DNA of 64,000 nt from Clostridium thermobutyricum (GTDB lineage Bacteria > Bacillota > Clostridia > Ch29). Of the stretch, positions 28,392 through 38,594 are shown in pieces. The stretch is taken from positions 22,261 to 86,260 of the forward strand of contig JAENYD010000001.1 of the NCBI GenBank assembly GCA_016842005.1. Reading direction: 5' to 3'. Numbering within the stretch: position 1 is the first letter of the stretch; each line of letters begins with the position of its first letter. The notes under the pieces were generated by a model that worked only from the letters and a program-made list of their open reading frames with translations, did no database searches and was not told the origin of the DNA. The position numbers were made by a program, and so were the translations under genes.

Positions 28392-29588
28392 CTATTTCAG
28401 GTCCTCGGGCATCTCCTTTATCCTGGCAATTCCGGATGTAATAGCTTCCTCTGCCACAGACCGGCCAACCCTTTCAGCCACCCTGGGGTCAAAGGGATCG
28501 GGAAGGATTCTCTCGGCGTTAAGCTCTGCATCATCGATAATGGAGGCAATGGCTTGGGCCGCTGCGATCTTCATGCCCTCGGTGATATCTCTGGCCCGCA
28601 CAGCCAGAGCTCCTTTGAAGATGCCCGGGAACGCCAGAACATTGTTTATCTGGTTGGGGAAATCCGAACGTCCCGTTCCAACCACCGCAGCTCCTGCTTG
28701 CCTGGCAAGATCCGGCATAATCTCGGGTGTGGGATTGGCCATCGAAAACACTATTGCGCCTCTGGCCATTGAAAAAACCATTTCAGGGGTGACTACGCCC
28801 GGCTTTGATACGCCGATGAACACATCCGCACCCTTTAAGGCATCGGCCAGCTTACCCTGCTTCTTATGCCGGTTGGTCACCTTTGCTATCTCCTGCTTGG
28901 ACGGGTTGAGCCAGTCTGCGCCTTCGTATATGATGCCTCGGGTATCGCACATGACTATGCTGCCGAAATCCATCTCAAGCAACAACTTGGCGACGGATAT
29001 ACCCGCCGCGCCGGCGCCGTTGATAACTATGTTAAGCTCGCCGAACTTCTTTCCTACAACCTTGACTGCGTTAATGAGCGCTGCGGCGGTGACAATAGCG
29101 GTACCGTGCTGGTCATCGTGAAACACCGGGATGTCGCATCGTTTTTTCAATTCTCTTTCGATTTCAAAACATCGCGGTGCCGATATGTCCTCAAGGTTGA
29201 TACCACCAAAGCTTTTGGATATAAGCGCGATGGTGTCAATAATAGCCTTGGGGTCGTTTGAGTCAATACAGATGGGGAATGCGTCCACGCCCGCAAACGC
29301 CTTGAACAGGGCGCATTTGCCCTCCATCACCGGCATAGCGGCCTCGGGGCCTATGTCGCCTAAGCCCAGAACCGCAGTTCCGTCGGTAATCACCGCCACC
29401 AGATTGGAACGCCGGGTAAGCTCGTAACCCTTGTCAGGCTGGCCGGCTATGACAAGGCATGGTTCGGCAACACCGGGAGTATAGCAGAGTGAAAGCTCTT
29501 CCCTGTTGGTAACCGGAGCTCTGGAAATAACCTCTATTTTGCCTTGCCATTGGTAATGTTTTTCCAGGGCACGCTGTTTCGTATCCAT
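28392..29588 (-). CDS. NAD(P)-dependent malic enzyme (short form)
   Basis: 398 aa. Motifs seen: [15 protein letters not shown] and INGAGAAG dinucleotide motifs. It has the short malic enzyme architecture. Confidence 0.9.
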   Translation of the reverse strand: MDTKQRALEKHYQWQGKIEVISRAPVTNREELSLCYTPGVAEPCLVIAGQPDKGYELTRRSNLVAVITDGTAVLGLGDIGPEAAMPVMEGKCALFKAFAGVDAFPICIDSNDPKAIIDTIALISKSFGGINLEDISAPRCFEIERELKKRCDIPVFHDDQHGTAIVTAAALINAVKVVGKKFGELNIVINGAGAAGISVAKLLLEMDFGSIVMCDTRGIIYEGADWLNPSKQEIAKVTNRHKKQGKLADALKGADVFIGVSKPGVVTPEMVFSMARGAIVFSMANPTPEIMPDLARQAGAAVVGTGRSDFPNQINNVLAFPGIFKGALAVRARDITEGMKIAAAQAIASIIDDAELNAERILPDPFDPRVAERVGRSVAEEAITSGIARIKEMPEDLK

Positions 29589-29681
29589 ATTATGGTTCTC
29601 CTCCTATCGTTTCGCTATGGGCCTTTGCCCGGCCGGCGCCGCCACAACGCCAGACAAAGACCCGCCTTCTATGTTATAGTG

Positions 29682-31046
29682 TTAGTCGTTTTCCCGTGCG
29701 GCCTTAATTGCAGCGGATACCTTGCGTGCAAAGTAGGCGCTCTGGCCCGTATAACCCGCAGGATCCAAAATCTTCTCAAGCTCTTCTCTGGACAAATTAT
29801 CCCTTACAGTTTTATTCTCCAGAAGCTTTTCGAGGAATGGGGCATCCTGCTCAAAGGCTTCCATGGATATTTCATAGATGATTTCATGGGCCGTCTGCTT
29901 GCCTACCTTCTCGCCCAATGCCAGCATCAGCGGTTCAGACATCATCAGACCCTTGAGCACATCAAGGTTTTTGCGCATGCGGGTCTCGTTAACCGTTAAA
30001 TTTGAAAGCAGCTTTTTCGCCTTAGCCACCGCAGCCCCGGTCATTATAACCACCTCGTTGGCGCTCTTCCACTCAACTTTCCACAGCGCACCGTCTCTTT
30101 CGTGCTCCGAGAACATCGATTCGTATGTAGCCTCCATGCTCGCCTTGACCAGTCTGCCAAGATTGTGCAATGCCTCGGGAATGGTCGGATTGCGTTTATG
30201 CGGCATGGTGCTGCTGCCAACCGCACCCTCAACAAAGCCTTCCGCCAACTCAGATACTTCGGTTTTTTGCAGGTTGTACACCTCATTGCCTATTTTACCC
30301 AGTGTCGCACTTATCATAGCCAGTACGCTGACTATTTCCACAACTCTGTCCCGGCTGGCGTGCCACGCAATGTCAGGGATATCCAGACCTATCTTTTTGA
30401 TGGATTGGCTGCTGACCTCCACGGCCCTCTGGCCAAAACCCGCCATGGTTCCCACGGCGCCACTGAGTTGCCCGACAAAGCATCTTTTCCGGCAGTCCTT
30501 CATCCGCTCGATGTTCCTTCGCACCTCGCTGCCCCACACAGCGGCTTTGTAGCCGAAGGTGATGGGAATTGCGTGCTGGCCGTGGGTTCTGCCCGCCATA
30601 ATCGTGTCAGCATGGCGGTCAATCAGATCCAGGATTGCCTGCTCGACATCGCGCAGGTCGTTGTAGATAACGTCAAAGCCCCTTTTAATGGACATCATGA
30701 AGCCCGTGTCGAGAATATCCTGGGTAGTAGCCCCGAGGTGTATATACTCGCCGTAACTGCCGTCGCAGGCGCGCTGAAAACACCGCAGGGTGGGGACAAG
30801 CGAATGGCCTATTTTATTGATACCCTCCTCGATTTCAGCAATGTCCAGATTTTCCACCTTGGCTTTTTTGGTGATCTCCTCTGCAGCCTCCCTGGGGATG
30901 ATGCCCATCTCCGCCTGGGTCTGTGCCAGGGCGACCTCCAGGTCCAGCCAATTTTGCATGATGGATTTATCGTCAAAGATTTCCCGCATTACCGGGGTAC
31001 TGAATACATTTCGATATAATAAAGAATCTATCATGTTACTTGCCAT
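29682..31046 (-). CDS. Fumarate-lyase (class II fumarase/aspartase) superfamily enzyme, adenylosuccinate lyase / carboxymuconate cycloisomerase-like
   Basis: 454 aa. Motifs seen: signature GSSTMPHKRNP and TQDILDTG. It overlaps the PrpD-like gene by 11 nt. Confidence 0.85.
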   Translation of the reverse strand: MASNMIDSLLYRNVFSTPVMREIFDDKSIMQNWLDLEVALAQTQAEMGIIPREAAEEITKKAKVENLDIAEIEEGINKIGHSLVPTLRCFQRACDGSYGEYIHLGATTQDILDTGFMMSIKRGFDVIYNDLRDVEQAILDLIDRHADTIMAGRTHGQHAIPITFGYKAAVWGSEVRRNIERMKDCRKRCFVGQLSGAVGTMAGFGQRAVEVSSQSIKKIGLDIPDIAWHASRDRVVEIVSVLAMISATLGKIGNEVYNLQKTEVSELAEGFVEGAVGSSTMPHKRNPTIPEALHNLGRLVKASMEATYESMFSEHERDGALWKVEWKSANEVVIMTGAAVAKAKKLLSNLTVNETRMRKNLDVLKGLMMSEPLMLALGEKVGKQTAHEIIYEISMEAFEQDAPFLEKLLENKTVRDNLSREELEKILDPAGYTGQSAYFARKVSAAIKAAREND

Positions 31047-32385
31047 ATACGATTTCCCTCCTCAATATTTCTCCCAACCCGGTAATAGCCTGACCGTCGT
31101 TGATGTCGAGGATGCGGTCCATAATGCTCCGGGCACGCTGTTCACTAATGACCATAGTTGAAAGCGACAGATATTTTTTCTCCAGAAATTGCACGGGGGG
31201 ATGACCATCGGGCAAATCCACCCTGGCAAAGAGTGCTTTATCCTTTAGCCGGATAGACACCGTCTGGGTACGCTTTGCCGGATAGGCAGCGCTGCATGCG
31301 TCATCATCCACCACAGTGACCTTCTTTGCCAGTTCAAGAATTCTAGGGTCATTCAGAGCATCGGCCGTAAAAGCGTCGAGGCCCACCTGCCCAAGTACAA
31401 TGCCGGCCGCAATACAGTAAGGCATGGAGAATTTCGCCTTGGACTCGCTTGAATTGTTGAAAGCCCCAGTCAGTTCCACCGCCTTGCTGTAAGCCCCTAT
31501 CTGTATGCTCTCTACATCCTCGTATGTAAAGGGATTTTTCTCCATCAAATCCATTAGGGCGTCCAGCGCACTGTGGGTATGGCCGCATGAGGCATATATC
31601 TTGTAGTAGGCATCCTCAATCATCAGCTGCCCGTTTGGGGAAGCGGTGATAAAGGACAAATCCCTTTCTCCGTTTGCCGCCGCAGCGTAGCCCTTTGGAT
31701 TTTCAATGATGTCCAAAGGGGCTGTAAACCCTCGCCTGGCAAGCTGGGCTGCCAGTATCCCGCGCGATGCCGCATTACCCACATTCACCAGCTTGGCGTC
31801 AGTACCAAAGGTGCAGATCAATCCTGAAGCCATGGTGCCCGCAAGTCCCATCGCAGTCTGAAGCTGGGTGGTGTCCAAACCCATCAGCTTGCCGGCAGCG
31901 GCAGCAGCGGCAAAGGCGCCACAGGTTCCTGTAGTGTGCCAGTAATCATAGTGAGCGGGGTTGAGAGCGCCTCCCAGGCGGATCATCGTTTCGTAGCCCG
32001 CCACCACGCCAAGGGCGTATTCCCCGAAGGAAAGCCCCTCCGCCTCAGCTACCGCCAGCGCTGCAGAGACAACCACTGCGCCGGGGTGTGCTATGGCAAT
32101 TTTATTGGTGTCATCGTATTCCAACATATGACTGATGACACCATTGGAAAAGGCGGCATATAGGGCCGGGGCTCTACATGCCAGCCCGATAGCGGTACAC
32201 GGGCCTTCGGCTCCCGCCTCCGCCGTCAGATCCAGCACAGCCTTGGCGCATTCCTTTCCAAGGGCGCCGATAACGCAGCCCAGCCAATCCAGGGTCCTGT
32301 AGCGGACATCGTTTATGACTTCCGGGCTTATATCCTCCCGTTTTATGTTGTTAATACGCTTGCATATCTCATAAGTATATTCCAT
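31036..32385 (-). CDS. MmgE/PrpD family protein
   Basis: 449 aa with MmgE/PrpD-like sequence throughout (two-domain helical protein, ...HMLEYDDT..., ...GHTHSALDAL...). Confidence 0.85.
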   Translation of the reverse strand: MEYTYEICKRINNIKREDISPEVINDVRYRTLDWLGCVIGALGKECAKAVLDLTAEAGAEGPCTAIGLACRAPALYAAFSNGVISHMLEYDDTNKIAIAHPGAVVVSAALAVAEAEGLSFGEYALGVVAGYETMIRLGGALNPAHYDYWHTTGTCGAFAAAAAAGKLMGLDTTQLQTAMGLAGTMASGLICTFGTDAKLVNVGNAASRGILAAQLARRGFTAPLDIIENPKGYAAAANGERDLSFITASPNGQLMIEDAYYKIYASCGHTHSALDALMDLMEKNPFTYEDVESIQIGAYSKAVELTGAFNNSSESKAKFSMPYCIAAGIVLGQVGLDAFTADALNDPRILELAKKVTVVDDDACSAAYPAKRTQTVSIRLKDKALFARVDLPDGHPPVQFLEKKYLSLSTMVISEQRARSIMDRILDINDGQAITGLGEILRREIVYGK

Positions 32386-32394
32386 AAGGCCTCC

Positions 32395-33906
32395 TTACTG
32401 TGCCGGAGTATCCTGTTTTTGAGCCTTTTTCTCTTTAACATAATCCAATACTATCGGCACAAAGAAACTGGCTATAGAAATGAGCAGTATAACTAGGGTA
32501 AGCGGTCTCTCCCAAAGGAAGTTCCAGGAGCCTTTATTGGCGACAAGCGCCTGCCGGAGGTTCCTTTCAGTAAGCGGACCCAGTACCATAGCAACAATCA
32601 TCGGGGCTGTCGGTAGGCTGACCTGATAGCATGCGTAACCCAGAATCCCGGTGAGTATGACAATCAGCACATCAAAGGGATTGCTGCCCAGCGAATAAAC
32701 GCCGGTGACGCAGAAGGCCAATATGATACTGCCCAAAAGGTTCTCTGGCACCGAAAGTATGGTCTTCATGTATTTGAGAACAAACAACCCTAAAGGCGCC
32801 ATGAGCAAGTTGGCGAGGAAAAAGGCTATAAACAGGCCGTAGATAACATCCGGGTGGTCGGTAAAGAACACCGGACCGGTTCTCATGCCGTGGATCATTA
32901 TGGCACCAAGAAATAAGGCGGATGTAGCATTCCCCGGAACACCAAGGGCCAGCAACGGTACCATCGAACCTCCGGTTACTGCATTGTTGGCCGACTCGGG
33001 GGCCGCTACGCCTCTGGGCTCGCCGGTGCCGAATTTTTCGGGATTTTTAGAGGTCTTTTTCTCCATATCATAGGACATAAAGGTTGCGACATTGGTACCG
33101 GTGCCGGGAATAATGCCTACCAGAGTACCTATAATAGCTCCCCTTATCCATGTGGGCAGCAGCTTTACAACGGCATTCCATCCGATCCAAACCGAACCAA
33201 CATCGGGAATGGCATCAAACTTGGATAGGTCCCTACATTTCTCAGCAGTTTTAAGGACAGCCAGCACTCCGAAGAAGCCGATGAGGGCCGGCACAAGGTC
33301 GATGCCCTCCAGCAGTTCCATCATACCGAAGGTATAGCGTTTATAACCGGACTGCGGGTCCATTCCTATGCAGGAGATCAACAGCCCTATGGCTCCCGAC
33401 AGCAAACCCTTCTTCAGGGAACCGCCTCCAATGCTGGCTATACATGAAAGTCCCAGAACAGCCACCGCGAAATACTCGGCCGGCCCGAATCGGAGGGCCT
33501 GCTCAGCCAAAAACGGCGTGAAAAACATCAGCACAACAGCACTGAACATGCCGCCGAACACCGAACTGAGGGTTGAAATGCCCAGCGCCTCTCCGGCTCT
33601 GCCCTGCTTAGCCATCGGGTGCCCGTCAAGAGTGGTGGCAAAAGAAGATATGGTTCCGGGAATGCCCAGCAGAATAGCCGAGATAGAGCCGCCGAAAATT
33701 GCGGAACAGTATATGGCTGCGAGAAAGACCAAGCCGGTGGCAGGATCCATCGCAAAGGTCATGGGAACCATCAGGGCGATAGCCATGTTGCCGGTGAGCC
33801 CGGGAAGCGCACCGATAATCAGACCGATAAGGGTCCCCAACGTTAGAAAGAGCAGTGCGGAGGGCTGAAATACGCTGCCAAGGCCTAATATTATATTTTC
33901 AAACAT
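32395..33906 (-). CDS. tctA: Tripartite tricarboxylate transporter permease TctA
   Basis: 503-aa polytopic membrane protein with TctA-family sequence (GALPGLTG..., GIPGT...). Confidence 0.9.
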   Translation of the reverse strand: MFENIILGLGSVFQPSALLFLTLGTLIGLIIGALPGLTGNMAIALMVPMTFAMDPATGLVFLAAIYCSAIFGGSISAILLGIPGTISSFATTLDGHPMAKQGRAGEALGISTLSSVFGGMFSAVVLMFFTPFLAEQALRFGPAEYFAVAVLGLSCIASIGGGSLKKGLLSGAIGLLISCIGMDPQSGYKRYTFGMMELLEGIDLVPALIGFFGVLAVLKTAEKCRDLSKFDAIPDVGSVWIGWNAVVKLLPTWIRGAIIGTLVGIIPGTGTNVATFMSYDMEKKTSKNPEKFGTGEPRGVAAPESANNAVTGGSMVPLLALGVPGNATSALFLGAIMIHGMRTGPVFFTDHPDVIYGLFIAFFLANLLMAPLGLFVLKYMKTILSVPENLLGSIILAFCVTGVYSLGSNPFDVLIVILTGILGYACYQVSLPTAPMIVAMVLGPLTERNLRQALVANKGSWNFLWERPLTLVILLISIASFFVPIVLDYVKEKKAQKQDTPAQ

Positions 33907-33923
33907 TATTCAACACCTCCTGA

Positions 33924-34391
33924 TCAGAATATGCCTGGAAATCGAATATAGAAAACCTTAGTAAACAATAAGTATAATCCGGCGCTGATGAAGGCCGATG
34001 TAACCAGGATAACCTTGATATTCTTGTAGTTCAGGATATATGCGCCAACCGTAATCAATAGAAAGGTAGAAGATATATATCCAATATTGGTTAATGCGAA
34101 ATAATAGACAAACAAAAGCGCTATAATTGCTGCAACCCTTCCATAAGAGTTTGATCTGGAGGCAGCCTTTTTCCCGGCTGCCTTTTCATCCTCTTTCTTT
34201 CGCAGAGCGCCGATAATAATCGACGCTCCTAGTATCATCACAATTACAGCGACTAACCTTGGGAAGAAGGCCGCACCCAGGGTATCTGCACTGGTACCGG
34301 TTGGAAATGTGCTGGAAGCGAGATATGCGGCAATACCCAGCGCAATGGACGCAATGCCAAGGCCTATATCTTTATTGTTCAAAGCAGTCAC
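33924..34391 (-). CDS. tctB: Tripartite tricarboxylate transporter small membrane subunit TctB
   Basis: 155 aa with four TM segments. It sits between tctC and tctA. Confidence 0.7.
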   Translation of the reverse strand: MTALNNKDIGLGIASIALGIAAYLASSTFPTGTSADTLGAAFFPRLVAVIVMILGASIIIGALRKKEDEKAAGKKAASRSNSYGRVAAIIALLFVYYFALTNIGYISSTFLLITVGAYILNYKNIKVILVTSAFISAGLYLLFTKVFYIRFPGIF

Positions 34392-34412
34392 TCCTTTTGG
34401 TTAAAAGCTGTA

Positions 34413-35408
34413 TCAGTTGGAAAATATGGTGTCCTTAAGTTCATACAATCTGTCCCAGTCGGCTTTCAAATAGTCTTTGAAATCCTGAGAACTTCTGTAT
34501 ACCAGTGGAAAACCTGCGTTTTCGAACTGCTCCTTGACTGTGTCTGTCTCAAGGGCCCCCTTGAAGGCATCATGCAGGGTCTGGATTATCTCGTCGGGAG
34601 TACCCTTTGGAACGCCGAAGCCTCTCCATGCGCCATAGCTGAAATCTATGCCGCAGGCCTCAGATATGGTGGGGATATCGGGGAGAGCAGGATGGCGCTC
34701 GGTATCACAAACGGCAAGTACCCTGATTTTACCCTGCTCGATGAGGGAAGCCGCTCCGCCATACGTGGTCATACCCACCTCGGCATGTCCGCCGGCCAGT
34801 TGCACGGTCTGCTCTGCGGACCCGTTGGTGTGCAAGTACTCAAACTGGCAGCCGGTAATGCTGCTGAACATCATGCTTGCGATGTGGTGGGATGTAAGGT
34901 GTCCGGGTGTTGAGTTGAGCAGAGGCTCAGCCTTTCCCTTGGCCAGAAAATCCTCCATCGTCCGGATGTCCGAAGAACCGGATACAACGATAAGCTCGGG
35001 GTCGAAGCAGTACATTGCAACAGGGGTGATGGCATCAAAATCAAAGTCAACTGTTCCGCCCATAACGTTTGTGGAATAGGAGGAGGTCATGGCCAGCAGG
35101 GTATAACCGTCCGGCTTGGAGTTGGCAACATAAGTCTGGCCGATAGACGCACCGCCCCCTTCCTTGTTGATAACAACAACGCTTTGCCCCAGAATCTTTT
35201 CTGCCTCGGCAGCGACGATACGGGTACTCATGTCAACGTTGCCGCCCGCTGCAAAGGGAACGACGATCTCGATTGGCTTGACAGGGTATTTCTCGACAGT
35301 GTTGGAACCGGCACCCGGCGTTCCGTTGGATGCCTGATTACTGCAAGATGCCAGCATCAGTACCATGACCATAGTCATCGCTAACAGTATCAAAGCTCTC
35401 TTTTTCAT
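34413..35408 (-). CDS. tctC: Tripartite tricarboxylate transporter substrate-binding lipoprotein TctC (Bug family)
   Basis: 331 aa with a lipobox (MLASC) and Bug/TctC-family sequence. Confidence 0.85.
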   Translation of the reverse strand: MKKRALILLAMTMVMVLMLASCSNQASNGTPGAGSNTVEKYPVKPIEIVVPFAAGGNVDMSTRIVAAEAEKILGQSVVVINKEGGGASIGQTYVANSKPDGYTLLAMTSSYSTNVMGGTVDFDFDAITPVAMYCFDPELIVVSGSSDIRTMEDFLAKGKAEPLLNSTPGHLTSHHIASMMFSSITGCQFEYLHTNGSAEQTVQLAGGHAEVGMTTYGGAASLIEQGKIRVLAVCDTERHPALPDIPTISEACGIDFSYGAWRGFGVPKGTPDEIIQTLHDAFKGALETDTVKEQFENAGFPLVYRSSQDFKDYLKADWDRLYELKDTIFSN

Positions 35409-35479
35409 TATTGAATCTCCCTTCTAATTTTAATTCCTTTCTCTGTGCTGCTCTGTATCCTACCGTTCCCCGTGTTTAT

Positions 35480-35492
35480 TTATATTCTATAA
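35480..35492. promoter_or_regulatory. Candidate LysR-type T-N11-A operator upstream of tctC
   Basis: Perfect dyad TTATA-TTC-TATAA, about 70 nt upstream of the tctC start and downstream of the lysR-type gene. The call rests on motif shape only. Confidence 0.3.
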
Positions 35493-35697
35493 CTTAATTT
35501 TCGAAGTATGAAATACCAATATTTTATGGTAGCTATAACACGATGTTATAGGAAAATCCGAAGACCCTCTGCTAGCTCTATAGCTGGCGCTTCTGATGCA
35601 AAGAATTACCATATAGCGGCAAATAAGCATTTAGGGATCCTCCTCAAAAGAAGGACCCCTAAGTATGAGACGCAATACATCATAGTGCATTGATGCA

Positions 35698-36657
35698 TCA
35701 TATGCATATGTTGTTGTTTTGACGGTTATTTTTGATGCTGCCCGACAGCGAATGGGCAATGCGGATAAACTCTTGGACCGCAGTTGAATGGTAAACATTG
35801 TTATTATATACAACGGCAAAAGTCCGTACGGCCTTTTTCAAGCTAAGAGAGTAATAAACGGCTCGCTGCTCCGGAGGGCAGCAGATTTCGGTGGACATTG
35901 GGACGAAACCAACCCCCATACCACTGGCGATAAGTGCATTAATAGTCTCACAGTTATGAGTTTCAAAGATAATATCAGGAACAAAACCCGCCTGGTTGCA
36001 CAGGTCCATGCCGATTGCCCGCATCCTGCGTCCCTGCTTGTACATGATAAACTTCTCATTCTTGAATAATGAGAGGTCGGCAACCGGGCGTTCTCCCCCG
36101 TACGCGGAGGGAATCTGGCTGTTTAGTGGATGCCGGGGAGGCACCGCCAAGAATATATTTTCCTCAAACAGCGGTTCAAAGTGAAGACTGGGTATGGACA
36201 AAGGCAGAGACATAATGCACAGATCAATCTTTCTTGCCACAACCAATTCCTCCAGGACACCGGTATAGTTCTCAACTACTTTTATCTGTACGCCGGGATA
36301 CTGCCTATGAAACTCCGGCAAGATTTTGGAGAGATAATACTTTTCATAAAAAGGGGACACGCCGATGGAAATATCTCCGTATTTTAAATCCTGGGCGTCG
36401 TACATCCTTTTTTTGATGCGCTCGCTCAATTCCACAATGGCTTTGCCGTCCTCCAGAAAAAGCTCTCCCGCTGAGGTCACCGTCACGGTATTGTTTTCTC
36501 GGCGGAATAACTTTACCCCCAGTTCGTTTTCCAGCCGCTTAATCGACTGGCTGAGAGCAGGCTGACTGACGAACAACAGTTCTGCAGCCTTTGAGAAACT
36601 CCCTGTTTCCGCAACCTTGAGGACATACTGGATAACCCGCAGCTGCATATTTTTCAT
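35698..36657 (-). CDS. LysR family transcriptional regulator
   Basis: 319 aa with an N-terminal HTH (FSKAAELLFVSQPALSQSIKRLE) and a LysR substrate-binding domain. Confidence 0.9.
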   Translation of the reverse strand: MKNMQLRVIQYVLKVAETGSFSKAAELLFVSQPALSQSIKRLENELGVKLFRRENNTVTVTSAGELFLEDGKAIVELSERIKKRMYDAQDLKYGDISIGVSPFYEKYYLSKILPEFHRQYPGVQIKVVENYTGVLEELVVARKIDLCIMSLPLSIPSLHFEPLFEENIFLAVPPRHPLNSQIPSAYGGERPVADLSLFKNEKFIMYKQGRRMRAIGMDLCNQAGFVPDIIFETHNCETINALIASGMGVGFVPMSTEICCPPEQRAVYYSLSLKKAVRTFAVVYNNNVYHSTAVQEFIRIAHSLSGSIKNNRQNNNICI

Positions 36658-37005
36658 CCCCCATAACTTTTTGTTATTGGATATATTATATCATATCATA
36701 TCATAGCATATGATTGTATGATAGCTACTTTCTTATCATATACTTGTTTTATTCACCAATACCATCGATAAAATAACAAACACCCGGGTTACCGGGCAGT
36801 TGTCAGTGGCCAGTGACCAGAAATCAGTTGTCAGTTCCCAGTTGACAGTGGCTAGCACCTAGTACTAGAGTTAGCTATGATACTATAATTTCCAGAACCA
36901 CCTGAGGCTAAAATTCGCTTAAATTTATCATAGAAGATTATGGTAGAAGCTAGTACAATATCTCATAAATTCGTTCCCCTACTCTCTCTGGCAGGAAAAC
37001 ATTAG

Positions 37006-37686
37006 TTATTCATCTTCCATCCCGCAATAGCCACAAACGCCTACTCTTGGAGAATTTACAACCGGCAGCAGCATTTCTTCACCGCACTCGTGATTTTCAG
37101 AGCACTTATCACAAAGCCATCCCTTGTCTTCATAGATACACTCACAGCACACCTGGGTAGCAATACCGCCACATTCCGAGCACTTGATTTCCGGGGGTAG
37201 GTTTCTTGCCATAATTTCAATCTTTTGTCTACGTTTCTTTCCTGAACGCACGAATGCAACTGTCAATTTTAATGTCGTGGTAGAACCAAAATCATATTCA
37301 TGCAGAAACTGTGTTCCTTTATCCAAAATATCTCCAAGCTTAACACTCATGCTTTTGTCTCCTTCTGATTTGACAGGGTTGGAAGCATATATTTCACCCG
37401 CTATTTCAAAGGAACTCAAATGTCCGCAGCATTCAAGCCATGTATCCCTCAAAAATCTATCTAAAATTTTCAAAGATGCACTTACCGGTATATCTACATA
37501 CATCCAGTATTCAGGTAGTTCAAATCCTTCAACGAGAATGCCGAAATAAATCTCATCATCAGAACTTATGTTACCGGGTTTATGCTTTTTTATTCTTGCT
37601 TCACAAGCCTTGAGATGATCTTTTATCTCTGCTTTACTGAAAATTTCTTTGCAATAACTGCATTTTCCCTTGTCTGCTTTACTCAT
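37006..37686 (-). CDS. pRiA4b-ORF3-like (IS-passenger TnpR-type) protein with N- and C-terminal zinc-ribbon-like Cys clusters
   Basis: 226 aa. The core ...LKILDRFLRDTWLECCGHLSSFEI... and ...LHEYDFGSTTTLKLTV... resembles the PRiA4_ORF3 fold family. Cys clusters: CSYCKE...HLKAC at the N-terminus, and CSECGG...CCEC...CDKC...CGYC at the C-terminus. Confidence 0.5.
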   Translation of the reverse strand: MSKADKGKCSYCKEIFSKAEIKDHLKACEARIKKHKPGNISSDDEIYFGILVEGFELPEYWMYVDIPVSASLKILDRFLRDTWLECCGHLSSFEIAGEIYASNPVKSEGDKSMSVKLGDILDKGTQFLHEYDFGSTTTLKLTVAFVRSGKKRRQKIEIMARNLPPEIKCSECGGIATQVCCECIYEDKGWLCDKCSENHECGEEMLLPVVNSPRVGVCGYCGMEDE

Positions 37687-37711
37687 TTTTAAATCCTTCT
37701 TTCTTAAGCTT

Positions 37712-38581
37712 TTAACTTATTTTTGCCACGCTCTGCATAGGATATCCCCTAAACGTCCAGTTGAACGGATGCCCTTCGTCTTTATTCCATAACATGATAA
37801 ATTTCATTACTTTCTCTTTAAGTTCCTCTTTGGTTCTAAAGCTCGCATGCTTCAAACACCTTCTATATATGATTGAGAAGAACAGTTCAATCTGATTTAC
37901 CCAGGAAGCATGCTTAGGCGTGTAATGAAATTGAAATTTTCCTTCATGCTTTTTATTAAATTCAGACCATCTCTCACCAGGGCCATCCATATGGATATTA
38001 AGACTATCCCATATTACATGCATTCTTCTTTCATTCATATACTCTTGCGCAACCTTTTCCATAAATGCTATCAAGTCTTCAGCCTTCCTGCTATCTCCAG
38101 ATTCGGCAACTACTTTCCCGGTTTTTATATCAAAGCCAGCTATCAGAGATTGCGTGCCATGTCGAATATATTCATGTTCGTATTTTCCGGCTTCACCGCA
38201 CTTTGGCATTACAGTTTCATTCTTTCTTTCCTTAGCCTGCATGCCTGTCTTTTCATCAACACATAAAACAGCCGCATTCTCCGGCGGATTAATATACAAA
38301 TCCACAATTTCATTTACTTTATCTTTAAATTCAGGCCCTTTGCTGTGAAGCCACATCCTGAATTTATGAGGCTTTAACTTATTTGTATTAAGCGTCCTTA
38401 CAACGCTTGAACGGCTCATGTTAAGTCCATCAATATTGTTGTTAACGGCTTGCGTTAATAAATCGCTTGTCCAGTAGTTCTGTGTGTCATATCCGTAATT
38501 CCTGGGATGCTCACAGGCAATGGCAATAACCTCGCACCGCTGTACTACCGTAAACTTTCTTGGCGCGCCACTACGGGGCAA
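37712..38581 (-). CDS. IS630-family DDE transposase, catalytic part (ORF B)
   Basis: Blocks seen: ...LCVDEKTGMQAKER..., ...HVIWDSLNIHMDG..., ...YTPKHASWVNQIELFFS... (DDE/D35E blocks). The frame is open upstream of the listed start and continues the ORF A sequence after a +1 shift. Confidence 0.85.
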   Translation of the reverse strand: MPRSGAPRKFTVVQRCEVIAIACEHPRNYGYDTQNYWTSDLLTQAVNNNIDGLNMSRSSVVRTLNTNKLKPHKFRMWLHSKGPEFKDKVNEIVDLYINPPENAAVLCVDEKTGMQAKERKNETVMPKCGEAGKYEHEYIRHGTQSLIAGFDIKTGKVVAESGDSRKAEDLIAFMEKVAQEYMNERRMHVIWDSLNIHMDGPGERWSEFNKKHEGKFQFHYTPKHASWVNQIELFFSIIYRRCLKHASFRTKEELKEKVMKFIMLWNKDEGHPFNWTFRGYPMQSVAKIS

Positions 38582-38594
38582 ATCATAAAGTTCG

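Noticed and set aside
27425-29121. Long plus-strand ORFs (338 aa and 277 aa) opposite fumC and the malic enzyme gene
   Set aside because: These are shadow frames of strongly supported minus-strand genes. They are Ser/Pro/Ala-rich with no motifs.
36681-36730. ATCATA-rich microrepeats with an ATC-N9-GAT dyad (36700-36714) upstream of the lysR-type gene, as an autoregulatory LysR box
   Set aside because: The region is AT-rich and of low complexity, so such dyads arise easily. There is no divergent target gene, because the IS630 element lies there. It is plausible but not supportable from sequence alone.
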